The position numbers and the translations under genes were made by a program. Source: Botryllus schlosseri (lineage: Eukaryota). From it: a stretch of DNA of 64,000 nt. The stretch is taken from assembly GCA_051294905.1 (NCBI GenBank), contig CM119371.1:30878001-30942000 (forward strand), written 5' to 3'. This document shows, piece after piece, positions 39,101 through 50,061 of the stretch (its first letter is position 1; each line of letters starts with the position of its first letter). The notes below the pieces were generated by a model. It ran no database searches and was not told where the DNA came from. It was given only the letters and a program-made list of their open reading frames with translations.

Positions 39101-39576
39101 TGATACCAATTAATATGAATTCCGAGCTATTTATGATGAATTGCATTGTTCCAAGTGAGGCACGACCCGCCCTAAATCAATTCAAAGCGGATCTTCTGCT
39201 AAAAGATTGCTCGATTTATTACGATGCCATGATTGGTTTCATTTTCACTTATGCTTTTATCAGCTGTTAAAGAAGTTGAAGTGCAGTTGACCTGCATGTG
39301 CTAGTCTTAGGGCCTTATAAAAATATGTAGGCCTATGTACCCCATAGTGCTTTTCCAAAAATATTCGTGGTACACCCGAGAATCTGCGGCGGCACACAGT
39401 TTGGGAATGACTGATTAATAGTTACCTTTTGCATTGCAGATCTTGATACCGACTCTTCCCTCCCCAATTTTTTCCACCTCGAATTCCTTCCGAAATCTTC
39501 CTTTTATGAAAAGTTCAATCTTCTTCTGGGCCATAGTTGACGGAAAGCCCTGCACTACAACGTCAAAGACCTCCAT
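129..39576 (-). CDS. PARP14: PARP14-like macrodomain mono-ADP-ribosyltransferase gene, multi-exon, 3' end beyond the left edge of the window
   Basis: Hand-built GT-AG exons, phase-consistent except at the marked gaps: 39576-39426 (MEVFDVVVQGFPSTMAQKKIELFIKGRF..., RRM-like start), 34161-34066, 33981-33906, 33716-33622, [linker unresolved], 31762-31649, 31485-31341, 30368-30251, 26755-26553, 25739-25478, 24729-24524 (KH-like region), 24185-24001, [ARM cassette], 11754-11619, 9727-9514, 7215-7081, 6410-6306, 6057-5876, 4989-4839, 3978-3822, 3236-3006, [unresolved], 226-129. Three tandem macrodomains after an RRM/KH-like region is the PARP14 architecture. The catalytic domain is not in the window, so the symbol is architecture-based. 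Confidence 0.8.
479..1422. mobile_element. Tc1/mariner(pogo)-type MITE
   Basis: TA|CTGTAATTTTCCAAGTATA ... TATACATGGAAAATTACGG|TA inverted termini with TA flanks; related copies start at about 34644 and 25866. Confidence 0.7.
3006..6410 (-). CDS. Macrodomain 2 and most of macrodomain 3 (exons 6410-6306, 6057-5876, 4989-4839, 3978-3822, 3236-3006)
   Basis: Macro 2: ADAVVN...LAAAAG, VTRAGSLHCKNIIH, SIVFPAIGTGG. Macro 3: GDILQRNEDVIVNS, GPLSAAILRQGG, VTSGGKLPCKHIIH, SIAFPALGTG. Confidence 0.9.
7081..11754 (-). CDS. C-terminal part of macrodomain 1 and start of macrodomain 2 (exons 11754-11619, 9727-9514, 7215-7081)
   Basis: EAVITNGGNLPNCQKIVNVVGP, ENLTSIAIPAMGWG, VDFVEF and GDIAKQN are canonical macrodomain elements; splice phases 1,2,0,0 match. 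Confidence 0.85.
7430..8363. mobile_element. Non-autonomous hAT-like MITE with GACTC/GACTT subterminal arrays
   Basis: TIR CAGTGTTGGGAT...ATCCCAACACTG; pentamer arrays at both ends; no clean TSD; similar to the element starting at 62103. Confidence 0.65.
10383..11352. mobile_element. hAT MITE
   Basis: TIR TAGGGATGGTGTGA...TCACACCATCCCTA; 8-bp TSD CATAGAGC/CATAGATC; related fragment at about 51690-51840. Confidence 0.8.
13858..18455 (-). CDS. Six exons encoding an armadillo-repeat module, resembling the N-terminal part of invertebrate ARM-TIR proteins
   Basis: Exons 18455-18288, 18228-18070, 17943-17757, 16174-16011, 15955-15812 and 13993-13858 are all open, with intervening phases 0,0,1,0,0 and a final phase 1. 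ARM-type motifs: LAILHNLVRN, FSVEEILGALNKLASNDGNKKAIVDAGILPIVTKL, EAVNLIRLLALHTDNKQKIIQEPGLLEGVRKL. Confidence 0.8.
14074..15713 (-). mobile_element. Charlie-type hAT element with decayed transposase remnants, inside an ARM-cassette intron
   Basis: TIR CAGGGGTCGGCAACC...GGTTGCCGACCCTTG; perfect TSD CTCTACGA; ORF 14381-14611 (YPSL...MASTFDSTY) resembles the hAT C-terminal FGSTY region. Confidence 0.85.
16363..17640. mobile_element. hAT MITE with TACTT subterminal arrays
   Basis: TIR CAGAGGTGGTCA...TGACCACCTCTG; perfect TSD AGATTCAG; relatives at 21993-23793 and from 39839. Confidence 0.85.
19681..20822. mobile_element. hAT MITE
   Basis: CAGGCGTTGCCAAC...GTTGGTAACCCCTG; perfect TSD CTGTAACC. 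Confidence 0.8.
21526..21631 (-). CDS. Duplicated exon B (106 nt, phase 2 to 0), paralogue of exon A
   Basis: aatctatcactgtcaag|A CTG...TCA AAG|gtacaa; open frame LLQDHLNEFQESVQHLRLSQNFDETSLDHLQEISK; shares SVQ.L..SQNFDET..D.L..I.K with exon A. Confidence 0.7.
21849..21954 (-). CDS. Duplicated exon A (106 nt, phase 2 to 0), first exon of the ARM cassette
   Basis: aatctatcactttcaag|A GCC...CTA AAG|gtatgg; open frame ARFNHSMEGAASVQKLKRSQNFDETPMDDLNGILK. Confidence 0.65.
21993..23793. mobile_element. Older hAT MITE of the TACTT-array family, carrying a nested element
   Basis: Diverged termini CAGATGCGGCAA...TTGAACAGCTCTG; TSD TATGTATG/TGTGTATG; internal similarity to 16363-17640. Confidence 0.65.
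22664..23574. mobile_element. hAT MITE nested in the 21993-23793 element
   Basis: TIR CAGGCGCGTAG...CTACGCGCCTG; perfect TSD TCTACACC. Confidence 0.85.
24001..24185 (-). CDS. Exon encoding the N-terminal part of macrodomain 1
   Basis: ttatccag|AAT GTT... gives NVPRTSLFSTQLGKLTMRICMVDIVSHTADGIVNIVTHG...FQIEP, matching the macro start pattern (GDI...aDaIVN). The best donor is GAACC|GTGCGT (phase 2); a weaker phase-1 donor CATG|GTCACT lies at 24070. Confidence 0.75.
26910..28600 (+). mobile_element. Non-autonomous hAT element with a dimerisation-domain remnant
   Basis: TIR CAGTGGTTCCCAACCT...AGGTTGGGAACCACTG; TSD AAGTACAC/GAATACAC (6/8); remnant QPTSTAVERSFSILGK at about 28040-28085; internal sequence repeated at about 32320-33110. 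Confidence 0.75.
27371..27884. mobile_element. ~0.5 kb hAT MITE, copy 1 (nested)
   Basis: TIR TAGGGCTGGG...CCCAGCCCTA; perfect TSD ACCGTAAT. Confidence 0.85.
29057..29508. mobile_element. Same MITE family, copy 2 (inverted relative to copy 1)
   Basis: AAGGACTGGGC...GCCCAGCCCTT; perfect TSD TTATCGAC. Confidence 0.8.
30408..30924. mobile_element. Same MITE family, copy 3
   Basis: TAGGGCTGGGCA...TGCCCAGCCCTA; perfect TSD ATTAGGAC. Confidence 0.85.
36035..36288 (-). mobile_element. tRNA-derived SINE inserted in the hAT 3' region
   Basis: Minus-strand A box TAGTGTAATGG and B box GGTTCGATCCC, non-tRNA body, (TC)n tail, 7-bp TSD TCTCAAG; a decayed similar head lies at about 8539-8590 on +. Confidence 0.75.
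36323..38453 (-). pseudogene. hAT transposase (ZMYM1-like: TTF-type Zn finger, DUF4371, RNase H DDE core, dimerisation domain) with one frameshift
   Basis: Motifs WLCGC...LYCFPC...HERSTTH, AFRG, VDETTD, YDGAAVM, HCYAHKLNL, TRW, PATTASVERSFSALKRL. ORFs 38453-38049 and 38152-36323 join on removing 1 nt near 38121 (AGC CA[C]G ATT). Confidence 0.9.
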
Positions 39577-40867
39577 TTTCGGAGTGAATAGATCGCCACA
39601 CCACGTGTCTGTAGATTTTACATAGGTCTAGGCTACATGCTACAGCAAAGAATATGCAAGGGCAATCTCATACAACCAAGCTTGAGGCAGTTTATAACAC
39701 AAAAACTGCATGATAATGTTGCATTGAAATTCCATAAATGGCAGTGGCAGTCTTCATAGCTGAATCCATCTAATATACATACTTTGCATGCAGCCATGGA
39801 GAGAAACGCGAAAGAAAAGCCGGATCATGATATATATTCAGAGGTGGTCACTAATGGAGTAGGTACCAGAATTCTACTTTTTTGAAGTGTGGTACTCAAG
39901 TAGTTTTCCTCTACTTTCAGTACTTACTCAAGTAGAACTAATTTTTCGCTACATCTATTTCATTAAATTTTGTCATTTACTTAGGCTTCTTACTTTTCGC
40001 TATCTACAGTATATGAAGTATATTCTTCCAATGAGAAGGAGAGAACGAGACAGAGAAATTTAGGGACTTCTTTCGAGGAGCATCAACAATAATTAAACGA
40101 TCACAAAAGCCGAGGAAAGTTTAGATTGTTCGTCGTCGTTGATTGACTGACGTATGCTTTTCATGAAAGTGTTGGTTAGTACCTAGCAGGTTCTTGTCAT
40201 ACCGTATTGTAGCCCATATGACATCTTTAATCACAGTCAATATATTGCTCAGCATAAATATTGGAACCATCTAATCGCAATCTAGCATTTTAGCCACACA
40301 GCAAGCGCTCGCTCAAAGAGGGGGAAATTGGTAATTGACTTTTTAACGTTAGACTGTTGAGCGTCAACAGCCGTTGACACTTTACGTACAAAATACATGA
40401 AATACACTGCCTATTTTAAAATATTGCAGTTATACATATCATTATACACGGTATTGTTACAGAGAGTTCTTCGAATTGATCCAAGTTCTTTTGTCCAGAG
40501 CACATGCACGTAGAAGTTTAAAATTACGAAGTAAAATTACATGTAACTGGCATTTTAAGAGCTTGTTGCTTCACGTAACAATCATCGTGCAAATCGGTAT
40601 TGCCGTGTCTGATGCAACTCCATATTGCTTTTTGCCTCAGGCATTATAATATGCTGGCGGTGGCCCGGTGGGCACAATTTCATGACATCGTCTCAAAACA
40701 CCTCAAGATACCGATACAATGAAAATATACAGTAGGGAGGCGTCGAAAAAGAATTGATAGTATTTGAAATCAGACACCCACCCAGCTGGGCCTAGGGCAG
40801 GGGTGTCAAACTCAACTTGGTCAGTAGGCTGAATTCAAACTCAAAACTGTATGAACGCAAACAATTG

Positions 40868-41699
40868 GGCGCTTCTTCGATATACGCCCCAGATCGAAAC
40901 AGTGTTTCACATGTCACCAGCAAGGGTTTCCCTTGAACACGATCAAATTTTATAAACGTCAAAATAAATTGTTTTTTGCCTGTGGAGAGACGGACATTAG
41001 GGTTGGATGTGGGTTAGGGTCAAAGTTGGGGTTAGGGTATCCCAAGATTAGGGTTGGGGGAGGGGGTATAAAGGTTGGAGGAGAAGAGGATATTAGGGTT
41101 GGGGGTATTTAAAATATCCCAAGATTAGCGTTGGGGAAGGGGGTATTAAGGTTGGAGGAGAAGAGGATATTAGGGTTGGGGGTATTTAAAATATCCCAAG
41201 ATTAGCGTTGGGGAAGGGGGTATTAAGGTTGGAGGAGAAGAGGATATTAGGGTTAGGGGAAGGTGGATATTAGGGTTGGGTTACGGTATTCCAAGATTAG
41301 ATCTGGGGAAGGGGGATATTAGGGTTGGAGGTCGGTTAGGGTCAAAGTTCGGGTTAGGGTGTCCCAAGATTAGGGTTGGGGGATATTATGGTCGGGAGAC
41401 TGTGGGATATTAGGGTTGGATATCGTGTCCCTCGCCCCAATCTTGGGTTACCCTAACCCAGCTCTAACTCTAACTCTAAACCCTTCCCCAACCCTAATAT
41501 CCCCCTCTACCCAACCCTAAAATCCTCCCTCCCCAGTCCTAATATCCCCCTCTCCTCCAACCATAATAACCGCTTTCCACAACAAAGGCCAAAAATAATT
41601 TATTTTGACGTTTATAAATTTTTATTGTGTTCATGTGAAACATTTGCTGGTGTCATCGGGAACACTGTTTCGATCTGGGGCGTATATCGATGAAGCGCC
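40868..41699. mobile_element. Foldback/MITE with ~110-bp TIRs and an internal TTAGGG-containing minisatellite
   Basis: GGCGCTTC.TCGATATACGCCCCAGATCGAAACAGTGTT and its inverse; TSD AACAATTG/AACAATTC; G-rich array at about 41000-41420 faces a C-rich inverted array at about 41430-41580. Confidence 0.8.
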
Positions 41700-42920
41700 A
41701 ACAATTCTGACTGAGGGCAACTTTACCAATGATGCCAGATTAAGAGACCGGTAATGGTATTTTCGGTATCTTCCTATCTGTTCATGGCATTGCAATGTGA
41801 CTTGTGTAGCGCATTGTATGTCTTGACTGGATAAACCTATTTTATAATCAGACGATTGTAGATTTTTAGGTTACTAATGCAATGACGGGCAAATATTCAG
41901 CAGCAACATCATCATCATCATTGGTTTATTAGCAATTTTATCAGTTCAATACACCACAAAAAATGCGATACAATGAATAGACAGGAAGATGTCGAAGCGA
42001 CTTGGATTTGTCAATGGAATCGGACACCCACCTTGGCCTAGGCGTAGTAAAGAGGAGGCATGCACACTGAATGAAAGTAAAGAATACAGTATAGAAAAAG
42101 AAAGCGACAAGAAATAGGGCGGCATGTCATGGGAAGCGAGATCGATAGGTCAGTCGTGGTCCGGTAAAAAACATAAGAGTTTAGGGCCTATAGATGACCG
42201 TATACGGTGACCATCTGACTTGACTAGATGCCCTGATGGTATTATCTGTTGCCATTATTTCACTGACTTATTTCTCTTATTTTTGAAATAAGCTTACCTG
42301 TCTGTATCTATATCTGTCTGTCTGTCTTATCTGCTGTCAAGGAAGCGATGAAAATGAAGTTGCATGTGTCGATCGACTAAGTATTATATATATGTCAGAT
42401 CGTGGTCCGGCCTATACCGATATTGACATAAGCTACGAGTACGCTACAGCTCAACGCATTTATAGGCTTACTGTAGGTTTACTGGCCTACAAAATGTTAT
42501 ATACCGTAACCGCATATTATCACCACGAAACGAAAATGCTAAAGTCTGTCTCGTTGAAAAGGTCCGTATCACACGCGGGGAAGTACCCATATATTGCATA
42601 TTTTAGGAGCAAATCATTGAAGTCTTCATATTGAACACATACAAACGACCAGTTACGGTCTCCTAATCTGGATTACACAACGGCCTAATTGCCGGATGTT
42701 GCAGTTTTTACCGTTTTAATCTTTATTCTATTCAGTTCTGTTTATTATCAATTTTTATCAGTTCAATACACCACAAAATTTGCGAAACAATTATAAAAGA
42801 TAGTAAGGTGTCGAAACGACTTGGAGTAGTGTTTGGAATCAGACACCCACCTTGGCCTAGGCAATGTAAAGAAGAGGCATATGCACTGAATGAAAAGTAA
42901 AAGAAGATAGTATAAAAAAC

Positions 42921-44336
42921 GATTACCAGTGAAACCAGCCCTCGGTAAACCCGGCCTCACAAACCCAGCCCTCGGTAAACCCAGCCCTCGGTGAACTCGG
43001 CCCTCGGGAACTTTTCATCATCATTGGTTTATTAGCAATTTTATCAGTTCAATACACCACAAAAAATGCGATACAGTGAATAGACAGGAAGATATCGAAA
43101 CGACTTGGATTTGACAATTGAATCGGACACCCACCTTGGCCTAGGCGTAGTAAAGAGGAGGCATGCACACTGAATGAAAGTAAAGAATATAGTATAGAAA
43201 AAGAAAGCGACAAGAAATAGGGCGGCATGTCATGGGAAGCGAGATCGATAGGTCAGTCGTGGTCCGGTAATCTTGAGGATGGATTGTATTTATTTAGTAG
43301 TAATTGCTTGTATTTCGACTTGAATGTGGACATGCTCGTCGACTGTCGGATGGCCGGCGGGATACTGTTCCACACATCAGGTCCGGCATATTTGATGGAG
43401 CGATGATCTTTTCGGTCGATCATATGATATTTGGACGACGTGGACGCGCGTGTGTTGTACTTGTGCGCTTTTGATTCAGAGGTAAAGAAGTAATTAAGTG
43501 TATTACCAATATGAATTATTAAACTAATAATGTTATTATCAACTGATTTGTCGATCTTGTAAGGAGGTCAGGGCATGCGTAGATCACGCAGTCACGGCCT
43601 GATCAGATCACGTGATCACGATTGCGCAAGCGCCAAGCGCGGCCTTACAAACTCGGCCCTCGGTGAACCCAGCCCTCGGGAAATTTTGTATTCACCGGCA
43701 ACCCTAATATCCCCCTCCCCCAACCCTAATATCCCACCTCCGGCAACCCTAATACCCCACCTCCGGCAACCCTAATATCCCACCTCCCCAACCCTAATAT
43801 CCCACCTCCACCAACCCTAATATCCCACCTCCCCCAACCCTAATATCCCCCCCCCCCTTAACCCTAATATCCCTCCTCCCCCAACCCTAATATCCCACCT
43901 CCGCCAACCCTAATATCCCACCTCCACCAACCCTAATATCCCCCCTCCCCAAACCCTAATATCCCACCTCCGGCAACCCTAATATCCCCCTCCCCCAACC
44001 CTAATATCCCACGGCACCTCCACCAATCCTAATATCCCCCCTCCCCCAACCCTAATATCCCCCTTCTCCAAACCCTAATATCCCGCCTCCGGCAACCCTA
44101 ATATCCCACCTCCGGCCACCCTAATATCCCACCTCCCCCAACCCTAATATCCCACCTCCACCAACCCTAATATCCCCCCTCCCCCAACCCTAATATCCCA
44201 CCCCGCTTACTCAATCCGTGAATACAAAATTTCCCGAGGGCCGAGTTCACCGAGGGCTGGGTTTACCGAGGGCTGGGTTTACCGAGGGCTGGGTTTGTAA
44301 GGCTGGGTTTACCGAGGGCTGGGTTCACCGGCAACC
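42921..44336. mobile_element. TIR element with 9-bp TSD (MULE- or Merlin-like) carrying subterminal repeats and a minisatellite
   Basis: Termini GATTACCAGTGAA...TTCACCGGCAACC; TSD ATAAAAAAC on both sides; AAACCCAGCCCTCGGT repeats inverted at the two ends. Confidence 0.75.
43695..44200. repeat. Minisatellite, ~22-bp unit CAACCCTAATATCCCACCTCC(N), about 22 copies
   Basis: Directly visible tandem array; each unit contains CCCTAA. Confidence 0.95.
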
Positions 44337-46649
44337 ATAAAAAACCAGCGACAAAAATGGGGTGGTCAGCCATGGAAGGCGAGATCGTTCGGTCAGGTCG
44401 TGGTCCGGTAATCTTAAGGCCGGACTAGTATTTATTTACTAGAAATTGCTTGTATTTTGACTTGAATGTGGACAATGTGGACATCATGATCGCCGACTGG
44501 GGGATGGCCGGCGGGATACTATTCCACAGTAAGGTCCGGAATAGTTGATAAAGGTGATTATTTTTTCGTTCGACCTTATGATATTTGGACGACGTGGACG
44601 CGCGTGTGTTGTACTTTGGCGCTTTTGTTTCGAAGGTAAAGTAGTCATTGAAATATTCGGGACAATGATCGCAGTGAAACTGATACATAAGATTGGTGAT
44701 TGCTAGTTTCCGCATATATCTTCCATGTTTAGGTTTATTTTTGAGAATTATGTTCTAAGGCAAGAAATATGTTCTCCTTCATGTAGCCCACATTACTGTA
44801 GTCAGGGGTGGACCATTATTTTCCTCCGTGGGTCAAATGAGAAGCAGGATCTACGTTGGCGGGCGGAGTCAAAAAATTTAGCTGTGTTCTCCAGCGCACC
44901 AATTTTATTTCTAAATTTTAAGCAGTGAATTACAATTAATAAATGTTGCTCAGTGGATGTGTTGATATTATAGAGGGGATGAGAAAGTGACAGAAAAAAA
45001 AAATATTTATTTGCCGTCATATTTCGAAACAATGTTAAACATGATAACTTTTGAACTGTCGTTTAATCCCTATGCGCGTTTTTCCATCAAGACATTAAAT
45101 TGTATTTGGGATATATTTCACAGCTATTCGTCTTGGTCGCTGCCTTCCGAGCAATGTGTAGCTTGGATAAATATAGCCTTTGTTGTGGAGCGAAGCTTAC
45201 AGTTTTTCTCAAATTCGCCCACCCGTGACAGTGTATGTCTTCGTGTTCTTGTCATCAAACCGACTTAAACTCCTTAAACACGGCGATCGACCTGACGGCA
45301 CTAACTACTAAAAAGACCAGTTTACCATTAACTTCAGTAAACAAATATTTATTGCTCCAAACCTTTTCTCAATTCTCAAATACGAAATTCGCACTATGCA
45401 CAGAGCAAGAACTATGAATTGAAGGTGAATAGCGCAGAGCGCAAATTTTTTTCTTTTGCCCGCGGCTTCGGGCCCCCTTCAAATGCTTTCACGCCCCCAA
45501 GACGGGCGCGCTCCCAGTTTGAGAGTTTGATGAATTCTTGTGACTTTGATTGTTACGGCGTAATTTGCCACATTGACTTTATTTTGAATCTGGATTACGC
45601 ATGCGAGGTACGTAGGCTGCGTAATCGCGGCATATGAAAGTAAACGAATTTTCCGTTCAATTTATACAGCCTATGGTTTTAGTCAATGCAGCAACATCGA
45701 AAAGCAGGTTTTATGTTCTGAATTCCAGTGGCGGCTCGTGACAATATCGGGTGGTGGGGCAAGGGCCGCAAGCGACTTGTTATCAATATGACGTCACAGT
45801 AGCATTTTTCAACGTTCATGATGGCCACATGAATTTCCCGTAAACAATGATTTTTAACGTAGGTGCCGCGAGAGGTTTGCCGGTGGCGTGACTTGAAGTG
45901 CGGTAACAAATGTTTTATTCATTGTTTTTTATTCAAATGATTATTTTACAAAATGTACGCGAACTAAGAATCGTTCCCATGCCACGAATCAATCATCAGG
46001 TTATCCTTGGTAGCATGCGTTATGATTTCGTGGTAGAGATTACGCAAGCGCCGAGTAAGACTATACCAAAAATACAGAGACCAACTACCTACAAAGAGCA
46101 TTCGCATGACACCTTGTGGTGTTTTAATCGTTCCATCCTCAGCAATTCTGTAAAGTGCTGCAGCGCCTCCGACCCGATTTGTATATGGATTCTCGTCCCG
46201 AAAGCGAGTCAAATCGATTTGCCCTCGTCCGAAAGTGTTTGGTACACGATCCTGATGCGTTACGACCAGGGGATAGGCAATCAAAGCGGTGGTACCCATA
46301 AACGTAAAACATTATAAAAAGCCAGCTGTTATCCATGAAAGATTAATTACGAGTCTGCCTGCCATCATTCAAGCAGGAATCAAAGCATTGTGTTAAATTG
46401 AAATGCGAGCACATATCGCATTAAACAATTTCATGAATAAATTATTTCATCTTGATGAATTTTTCACTTTTTTTCCATAGCCATAACAAAATATATCGGT
46501 AAATTAACTGTCAGTGTGGCTCGAGTAATAAGGATGAATACCACTCACTTTTCCTTAGCCATAGACATGGTTGAGTTACCTGGGCTCACTTGATTGAAAT
46601 TATTCGGAAAGAACATGATGTGTACAGTCGTCCGCCCACCAGCATTAAT

Positions 46650-49600
46650 TTATGTCTTGTATAAGTATTGTGCGCGACGTGATTTCTTATTAGCAAAATG
46701 TTCAATAACGAGTTTATTGAAATCTGGAATTCCCAGAACCACGTCGTTGTGAATCGAGAGAACAGCCAACGCATTAAGCCTATCTTGGCCCATCCTGTTT
46801 CTGAGAAAGGTCTTGATACGTTTCAATGTGCTGAAACTGCGCTCGGATTCCGCGGATGAAATCGGGGTGGTCAAAATGATATTCAGAAAGCTAGTTACTG
46901 TAGCAAAGTTGATCGAAAGCGAATTTTCAACTAGGAATTTTGAAAGTTCACTAGTGGTTTTAATTTCCGAAAAGGATGTGTTAGAATACAAACAAGTCAA
47001 CTCGCTCTCCAACCGAGCAATGTCGATCATCGGGTAATAACGAGGCACGCTGCGCAGTAGTCCAGAAGGAAAATGAATTTTGTAGGCAGGGAAATTTCCC
47101 GGATTTAACAGGGCGAAAGAACCAACTGGTCACTATTCAGACGATGTTGGATTTGGGACATCAGTATATCGCAACATTCGTAAGCCGCCACAAGCAGGTT
47201 TTGCACACTTATCCCACGACGTAAAAGCGCTGTGTCACCAGCGAAGTGTACATTCGCCCGGATATGCGAAATTGCCTCACAAAAATGTGCAATACACAAT
47301 TGCGCAGTACAGGGCCGTAACAGCACTTCGTCAGGCCCCCCCCAAAAACTTTGGTCTTGGGCCCCCCATAGGGTTATATATACCTAACTTCTGGGGGGCT
47401 TCGCCCCCCAGACCCCCCCTCCGGCGATACACTGTTTACCACTATTCATCATATTCATTGGGAGTATGTTAAGTGAATCAGCTTTTGCCGCCTGAGCGCG
47501 CGAAGCGCGGAAAATTTCTAGAATTCATGATTTCATCGGTCAGTATGATCAGGAATTGCATATATTGGTATCAATTTTTATCTTCTCTCTGCTCACGTAA
47601 CCAGATTTGCCGGTAGAGCTGATTGAGGTGTGTTTGAAAAGGTAGGACCACTCAATAATAATTAAACATCTTCGGGCGTATACCCGTTGGTAGGAACGAA
47701 ACAGCACCTCGTCAGGCCCCCCAAAACGTGGGTCTTGGGCTCTCATAGGGTGATAAAACGACCCCCCCCCCCCCCATCACGTTGTTCGCGTTTGTCACGA
47801 AATTATCTGTACTGCATTGTGAGCCAGCGCGAAACGCGAAAATTTTCGATAATTTATGATAAAATCGGCCAATCAGATCGGCGATTGCATATATATTAAT
47901 ATTATGCTATCAATTTATTGTCCTCTCTACTCACGTAATTAGATTTACCGGTAGAGCTGATTGAAGTGTCTTGAAAACGGGAGGGCCCGTAAATAATGAT
48001 TAAACATCTTCGGGCGGACGGACCCGTTGATATGACTTCGTTACATGATGTTATTTCGTGACTTCCAGTCTGCTATATCAAAAAATATAGAATCGCCCAA
48101 ACGTAGGCTTCTAAACTAAGAGACGCACACGATTTCAAATTGGTATTTCTTCACTGGAACAAAATTTTTCCCAGCGGAATGGTATTTGTCTTGTGAGGTT
48201 CAGATTGCAAAGACAGGAACATTCGGTGCCAGTCATTTAGGCGCCTATGGACAATTAAACCTATATGCCTTTTGTATAGCCTATATAACGAAGTCTTCGG
48301 TCTGCATAAGGGCATAGACCTTTTCGGCCAAGCTTTTCTCGCTGCCGATCGTTCTGGCACACTTCTTGGAGTCGCATGTTATATGGCCTAAAACTTGATT
48401 GTATGTCATGGTTGGTCGTGGCGCGGTAATGGCTCAATACCTTATAATATAGAGAAACGGCAACATGAAATCGCGCGCGGCGCGAAAAATTTTGAAAAAA
48501 TTGCATAAATTTTTAAAAAATACTCTATGATTTATGCTAATTCACGAAATAATTTTGGGCCCCCTTCGAGCTCGGGCCCCCCCCAATTGGGGGGTTTGGG
48601 GTGCGGCAGTTACGGTGCTGGCGCAGTAGTACCATCGGCCATACGCGATTGACAAGTGCTGTACAGTGTATCGACGTGCATGAAGATGTCACAAAAAAGC
48701 TTCAAAAAGAACAAAAATTCTTCGTCTTCCAGGAGTCGTTTAAGCCCCGCCGCTTCACGTATGGAAGTATCATCCCAGACAGGAGAGCTCGCAATCACTG
48801 AGAAGCATTCCAGAAGCTCCACCCTACTCTCTGACACTCGTTGCACAACTCTGGATTGGAAGTTCCACCGTGTTGATACGCATCTAGGTAACCGGTGCTT
48901 GCATATGTCGCGCAATAGATCAGATCGCTTTGGCGAAACAGAGAAAAAGGAGGAGAACCCTGAAAGATTTGCAAAGAATATCTTGACAGAAGATATTCCT
49001 AAGCACATTTTTTTCACTACAAGATTGAGCTGATGCGCGTAGCAATGCAAAAAATGCGCATGCGGGTAAACTTCTTTCATTAAAACTTGTACGCTATGTC
49101 GCGATCCGCTCATGACTGCTGCGCCGTCGTAGGTTTGCGCAATAAGTTTCGACTCAACTGAATAGGGCTGTAATGTTTTTTTTAATACGTAAGAAATTCC
49201 GACAGCAGTGCGATCGTCAACAGCCACAAAGCTGTGGAATCGTTCGACTGGCATACCAAATTTCGTGAACCGAAAAATCACGACTAGTTGTGACAAACAC
49301 GTAATGTCAGTTGTTTCCTCAGACTGAATAGATAGAAATTCAGCGTCAACAATCTCGGTAAACAAATGCTGTAGATAGATGTGATATATCGAATGAAGCA
49401 CATCATTTTGAATAGTCTTTGAGGTACCCTTAGCTACTGTTGCGGTGTCGAGATGTTCGCGCAAAATGCTATCAATGGAAGCCGTGTATTTAATTAGATC
49501 CAAAAATACCCCCCTATTGAGAGAGCATTCCTTCTCATCGTGGCCTCGAAGGGGCAATTCATGAACTCCAATACATTTAATGGCATCAATCACCCGAGAG

Positions 49601-50061
49601 AGAACATGCCTATTCTTATCTACAAGCTCATTGTGCTTGCAGACTGATACGCGATAACTTTCATTGAGCTGCGACATTACACTTACTCTGCCAAACAATT
49701 TATATTTAACTGCACTAGCCATGTGCACTTGGGATTTTTGGTGCGTTTTCAGACGCTCTGACAAATGCTTCAGATCGCGATAACCAATTTTGTTCCAACA
49801 AGAGCCACTGCTTCCGGTACCGGCACTGTCGAATAAAAGACTGTAAAAGCAAAACAAGGCGTTTTTATCCTCGCCATAAGTAAGCCATTTATTTTTATCG
49901 AAATGCGCTGAAGAAAAGGCACGAGTGCGTTTTCCTCCGGCGTACGATTGGATCAATGGGCAATTTCTAGGCTGATACGGACCTAGTCGCTTTACCTCTA
50001 ATTTTTGCTCTAAAGGCAGCTGGCTAAACGGCGTACGGAGCAAAGATTCAACGCGATTCAT
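46650..50061 (-). pseudogene. ZMYM1-like hAT transposase, interrupted by an insertion and one frameshift
   Basis: Motifs LPLRGHDE, SEETTD, YDGAAVMSG, HCYAHQLNL, TRWN, TPISSAESERSFSTLKRIK. The frame continues across the 47310-48620 insertion (..DGTTA|QLCIAH..); frameshift near 47125. Confidence 0.9.
47310..48620. mobile_element. Non-autonomous hAT nested in the transposase ORF
   Basis: Termini CAGGGCCGTAAC...GTTACGGTGCTG; perfect TSD GCGCAGTA; internal duplication of about 380 bp at the left end. Confidence 0.9.

Larger units (their letters stand above)
35832..39300 (-). mobile_element. hAT transposon in intron 1 of the PARP14-like gene; only one terminus found, right boundary approximate
   Basis: Terminus CAGTGACGTGCGGTGAGG at 35832; contains transposase 38453-36323; no matching inverted terminus seen before exon 1. 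Confidence 0.7.
41907..44720 (-). mobile_element. Cluster of 5'-truncated CR1/L2-type LINE 3' ends (about 41907-42170, 43015-43490, and 42757-44720 interrupted)
   Basis: ORF 44425-44715 (PEYFNDYF...YNTR...LWNSIP...FKSKYK) resembles the ORF2 C-terminus; shared 3' UTR ends in AATAAA plus an (ATG)n tail. Confidence 0.7.

Noticed and set aside
38453..39426. PARP exon 1 spliced into the hAT transposase (domestication fusion)
   Set aside because: Exon 1 ends in phase 1; the nearby acceptors are either phase 2 or followed by an in-frame stop.
43695..44200. Telomere or chromosome-fusion scar
   Set aside because: CCCTAA occurs only within a ~22-bp unit bounded by TIRs and a TSD, not as pure (TTAGGG)n.
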